From Coniocarpon cinnabarinum (lineage: Eukaryota), in the NCBI GenBank assembly GCA_051942205.1, contig JAVECO010000039.1, forward strand, positions 62,001 through 126,000: a DNA stretch of 64,000 bases. Reading direction: 5' to 3'. Each line of letters opens with the position of its first letter. Positions within the stretch are counted from its first letter, which is position 1. A program made the translations under genes and the position numbers. The notes beneath the pieces were generated by a model. That model did no database searches and was not told where the DNA came from. It worked only from the letters and a program-made list of their open reading frames with translations. This document shows, one piece after another, positions 60,401 through 64,000 of the stretch.

Positions 60401-60480
60401 AGGAGGCGAGGGAGATTGTGGGGTTTGTGGAGAGAGGTGTTGAAGGTGCGAGATTGAGGGGGTGGGGACGGGAGGGTTAG
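57436..60480 (+). CDS. SIN1: TORC2 subunit SIN1/AVO1; 2 exons
   Basis: MALLHNED|FIIYQLRTSYLTHIQDGIGERLINV..., CRIM-like DAIGFALLKY...NVNKWTFRIMDDGEVDDDFPPLGR, and a C-terminal PH-like YRRWNVTRRQPMSF...KRYDFEA. Confidence 0.93.
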
Positions 60481-60912
60481 GTGGGTGTAGTGGCTGCTTT
60501 TGTTTGGAGCTGTATCATAGCACTTAGCGGACGACGTGGTCATGCTTATATGAAGCGAAAGGGGCTTTCGCCGTCGTATCCGCTATTTTCGTGATTGACA
60601 CAACTTTGCCATTGGGCTATTCGAGAGTCTCGGCAAGAGCCAACGCGCAGCGCAGCTACCTGCTGCTATTCCTGCGTTGAATATTACGAGTGGCACTGGT
60701 AAGCGATTCATAACGCGCACATGTACACCAACGTGTCATCGACTTTACTGCCCATGTTATAGAATACACAGAATCACAGCCAGTGACCGAACAAAACAAG
60801 CGCCGCTGTACAATCGCCGTATTATCCTCACTCAGTACCATCCTATTGCGACCCTCAATCCAACGCCACGCTCTCAAATTCATTTTCCCCCGGTGCTCAT
60901 GATCTCCTCAAA

Positions 60913-62225
60913 CTAAGATTGCCTCTTCGCAAGATCCAAATGCCACCCAAACAACCGCCTAAAAACATCCCCTCCCCGTCCCTCAACAGTGTCACCATGA
61001 CACATGACCAAATTTTTAATCCCCCAGCCATCAACCTCACTCACACTTCTCGCAAAGCCAACCCGATCCTGCGCACTAATCAAATACCACAGAAACCGAC
61101 TCTGCCATTTTATCTGCCCCTCGCCCGTTCCATTGAGTGACGTGAATAATCGGGTGAAGAGACCGGAGGTGGCGGATTCCGAAGAGAGTGCGTATTGTTG
61201 TGTCGCGGGCAGATTGAAGAGGAGATCGGCGGTTATTAAGGTTTTGGAGGGTTGATGGAGGAAGACGAGTTCTTTGTTGGGGTGGGCGGGGATGAATGTC
61301 GAGCGGAAGAGGGAGTCGAATTCAGGGCTGATTGAGTAATCCTCTTTTTCGGTGACGGTGCCGTTTGACGCTTCGGATTGTCCCTCTTGAGATTGTCCTG
61401 TTCCCGACGCTGTCTTCGGCGATGGCTCAGCCCTCGCCGCTCCACCATTTACCGCCGTTTTAGTGTCTTGTTCTTCACCTTGGGCATCATTCTCGACACC
61501 GTTCTCAGAAGCAGAAACCGGGGTATGTCTGCTCCGCCGTTCCTTTTCCAAGAATTCTACCCATTTCCTGTTGCGAAGTGCTTCTTTCTTCGCTCGCATC
61601 CCTTCCGGGCCGATGATAGTAGCATTGGGGTAGGCGTCGCTCCAGTCTTTTACGAAGATGTGATGTTCCATGTCCAAGGCGGCGATATAGCGGAGTTCGC
61701 CCATTTGGGCGATCTGGGCTTTGACTTGGGGTGTCAGAGCTACCGGAGAGAAGACGGCTACAGAGGGTTTGGATGAGGAGGGTGTTGCCGGGGTAGCGAT
61801 TGGTTGCGCCGAGGTTGAGGGAGTCGGTGCAGCGGTTGAAGAGGTTGTGATCGGCGAGGCTGTTGTTTGACCCGATGCATTCGGAGAAAAGGTGTATGGT
61901 GTTGTTGTAGGAGTAGCTCCGGCGGTTGCAGAGATCGGGGTTTTTGCATCTTCTCGGTTCGCGGGTGAGGTCGCGCTGACGGAAGACGCGCCTTGATCTT
62001 CAGTCGAAAAGGTTGGGAAGCGAATGAGTGTAGCGCGACCGCCGATTTTGATGCGGCCGAAGCGAGAAAAGGGTAGGGAGAGGGTCACAATATTAGGATC
62101 GGAGTCAAGAGGACTGCATAAGATGCGTCAGTCATGTTCCTGGACTGTCATCTTGTGGAGTGAACAGCAATATACCTGATGACCATGCATTTCTCAGGAT
62201 CGTCAGGAACGAGTTTCGGCGACAT
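60913..62225 (-). CDS. DUF4336-family / metallo-hydrolase-like protein; 2 exons
   Basis: MSPKLVPDDPEKCMVIR|...TLSLPFSRFGRIKIGGRATLI...VFSPVALT...YIAALDMEHHIF...HPNKELVFLHQPSKTLITADLLFNLPA...MCHGD. Confidence 0.85.
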
Positions 62226-63209
62226 GGTTGAGGACTGGCGGGCTGAGGTTGTTATTGGAGAATGCGTATGAGGTGCAAAGGAGCTTCGAGGTACGAAAGG
62301 CCTGATATAGACGTGGAGGCTCGCTGGTGCTCTAGCTAGCAAAGAGTAGGATAGCGAACCGGAAGGAAGTCGACTGAAAGAGTTTCGTAAGCGAAGAGGC
62401 AAGTGGGATTGAATGAACATGTATTCCTTCACATGGATCGGGCTATTACGGCTATCCTAGCTATCAGAGGAAAATGGAATGGAAGCTCGTAAGACATTGA
62501 AAGTGACATCATACAACAAGCATGCTTTGGTCTGGTTGTAATTAGGCAGCAGCAAAACGTCAAGCGGATTGCAACAATGTTCGTGGTCAGCTTATGGCGA
62601 TTTCAAATCTTTATACACCGGGTCAGACGCGATCCGACGGAGTTTGCAATAGAAGTTCGAAATTCGAATGATGCGCGAAGGACTTGTGCTGCTGTATCTG
62701 TGGTACGAGCCTCGGGCGATCGAACTCCTGGTCAGAGCTTGACGCTAAGACTACCTCTTCACGCACGTGATTTCGCTGCCACCAGGACTCACCGACACCT
62801 TTCTACTACCCCTTTGCGCGAATCGTTAGTTAATACACACTACAGCTCTCAGTGGCCTTTCTGACAAGTCAGGAAAACGTGTTCGACTTCAGCGAGATGG
62901 TAGAGCACGCGAAGTGACATGCACGGTGATGAGGCAAACACGACTTATGCAACGTAACGCAAGGAGGAGTCGTTGCAGGAATGATCTCCACGCACGAAAG
63001 TCATCAGTCCATGCTGTACCTGCTTAGCCATGAGCAATACTGAATCGTTTGTATCAACGTGACATCTGTGAGGTACTGATCTTACTGTGAAAAGTTGAAA
63101 GTTTCAACGCCCGTTATATAGTTCGGTTTCACACCCACACAATCTTTGTACACTACATCTGTTCTTACTGTCCCTCTAAAGAAGCGACAAAATTATATCT
63201 CACGAGTTC

Positions 63210-63907
63210 ATGATGGCATACGTTATTTCCCCTGTCGAAGACGCTGATTTGGAGCAGATCACAGCTCTTGCATGTGATGCCATCTCCGAAAATGGCATTC
63301 CCGAGTATCTCGCAGCCACCTGGCCGCACATGAACACCACGGAAGCCAGAAAGAGGGCTCTATCCAAATTCGCTCGCATGAAAGCCAGCCTTCCAAGCCC
63401 CGAGCACTTTCTCAAGATTTCGAAGGGGTCGCTCCATGAGCCAATTGCCAGTGCCAGATGGACCAAACACATGGAAATGCCACACACATTTCCCGCCGTG
63501 GACCCAGCGCTGTGGCCAAATGAAGATGATCAGCAATATGCTGAACACCTAAACGCTGAGAAGAACAAGCTCGCACTTAGAGCTTATGCAAAGGTTAGGC
63601 TTCCTATTGTTGGTAGGTGCCGTGTGACAAAGTGTTCATCAAAGACTGCGTAATGATGTGTGTAGAAATCATCTCACTCGCAGTCAAGATCCCGAACCAA
63701 CATCAGGGAGTTGGGCGCTTGCTTCTGGAAAACATACTGTCTCAATGCAGACATATGATCGCATCGGTCATTTTACTAGCGACACCTCGCGCGGTCTCTT
63801 TCTACGAGAAGCACGGCTTCGAGGTGGTTGAGGATGCTTTTCTTGAAGTGCCTTCGAAGTGGTCTCTCAAACCAAGGGCGCATCTGGTTTTTATGATTCT
63901 CCAATGA
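63210..63907 (+). CDS. GNAT family N-acetyltransferase; 2 exons
   Basis: IASARW; SLAVKIPNQHQGVGRLLL (acetyl-CoA motif QxxGxG); ATPRAVSFYEKHGF. Intron at about 63612-63666. Confidence 0.9.
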
Positions 63908-64000
63908 AAAGCTATCGAGGCAAGCTCGCTATTTGTCAAGGAAAGTCTCAACACGGCTCGAGTCATGGAAGATAGATGCTCATACGAATGGAGATCAAAA

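Overview
Gene-dense eukaryotic DNA from a filamentous ascomycete (Pezizomycotina-type short GT-AG introns with CTRAC branch sites; the finer taxon cannot be fixed from this window). About 23 protein-coding genes can be modelled by hand. They encode a GRAM/VASt sterol transporter, RRP45, a transcription-factor-like protein with no Zn cluster, a secreted LysM protein, ETF-beta, ATG33, a BTB protein, MET2, a G3BP/Bre5-like protein, a Cys2-like serine O-acyltransferase, a GH47 mannosidase, a TMEM170-like protein, PEX8, an RRM-like protein, POB3, a Zn2Cys6 regulator, a TPR protein, a PH/PY-motif protein, SIN1/AVO1, a DUF4336 protein, a GNAT and several hypotheticals. I saw no tRNA, rRNA, CRISPR array or intact transposon, and no clearly new multi-gene system. 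The best leads are: a regulator-like protein with a basic helix motif at the C-terminus instead of a Zn cluster; two distant MetX-family paralogues 10 kb apart, with an unusual G->R change in MET2; several odd splice events (AT-AG intron, GC-AG intron, a start codon split by an intron, in-frame stop-free introns); a diverged direct repeat with RIP-like bias; and convergent genes whose stop codons are 15 bp apart. Family assignments come from recalled motifs, not database searches.
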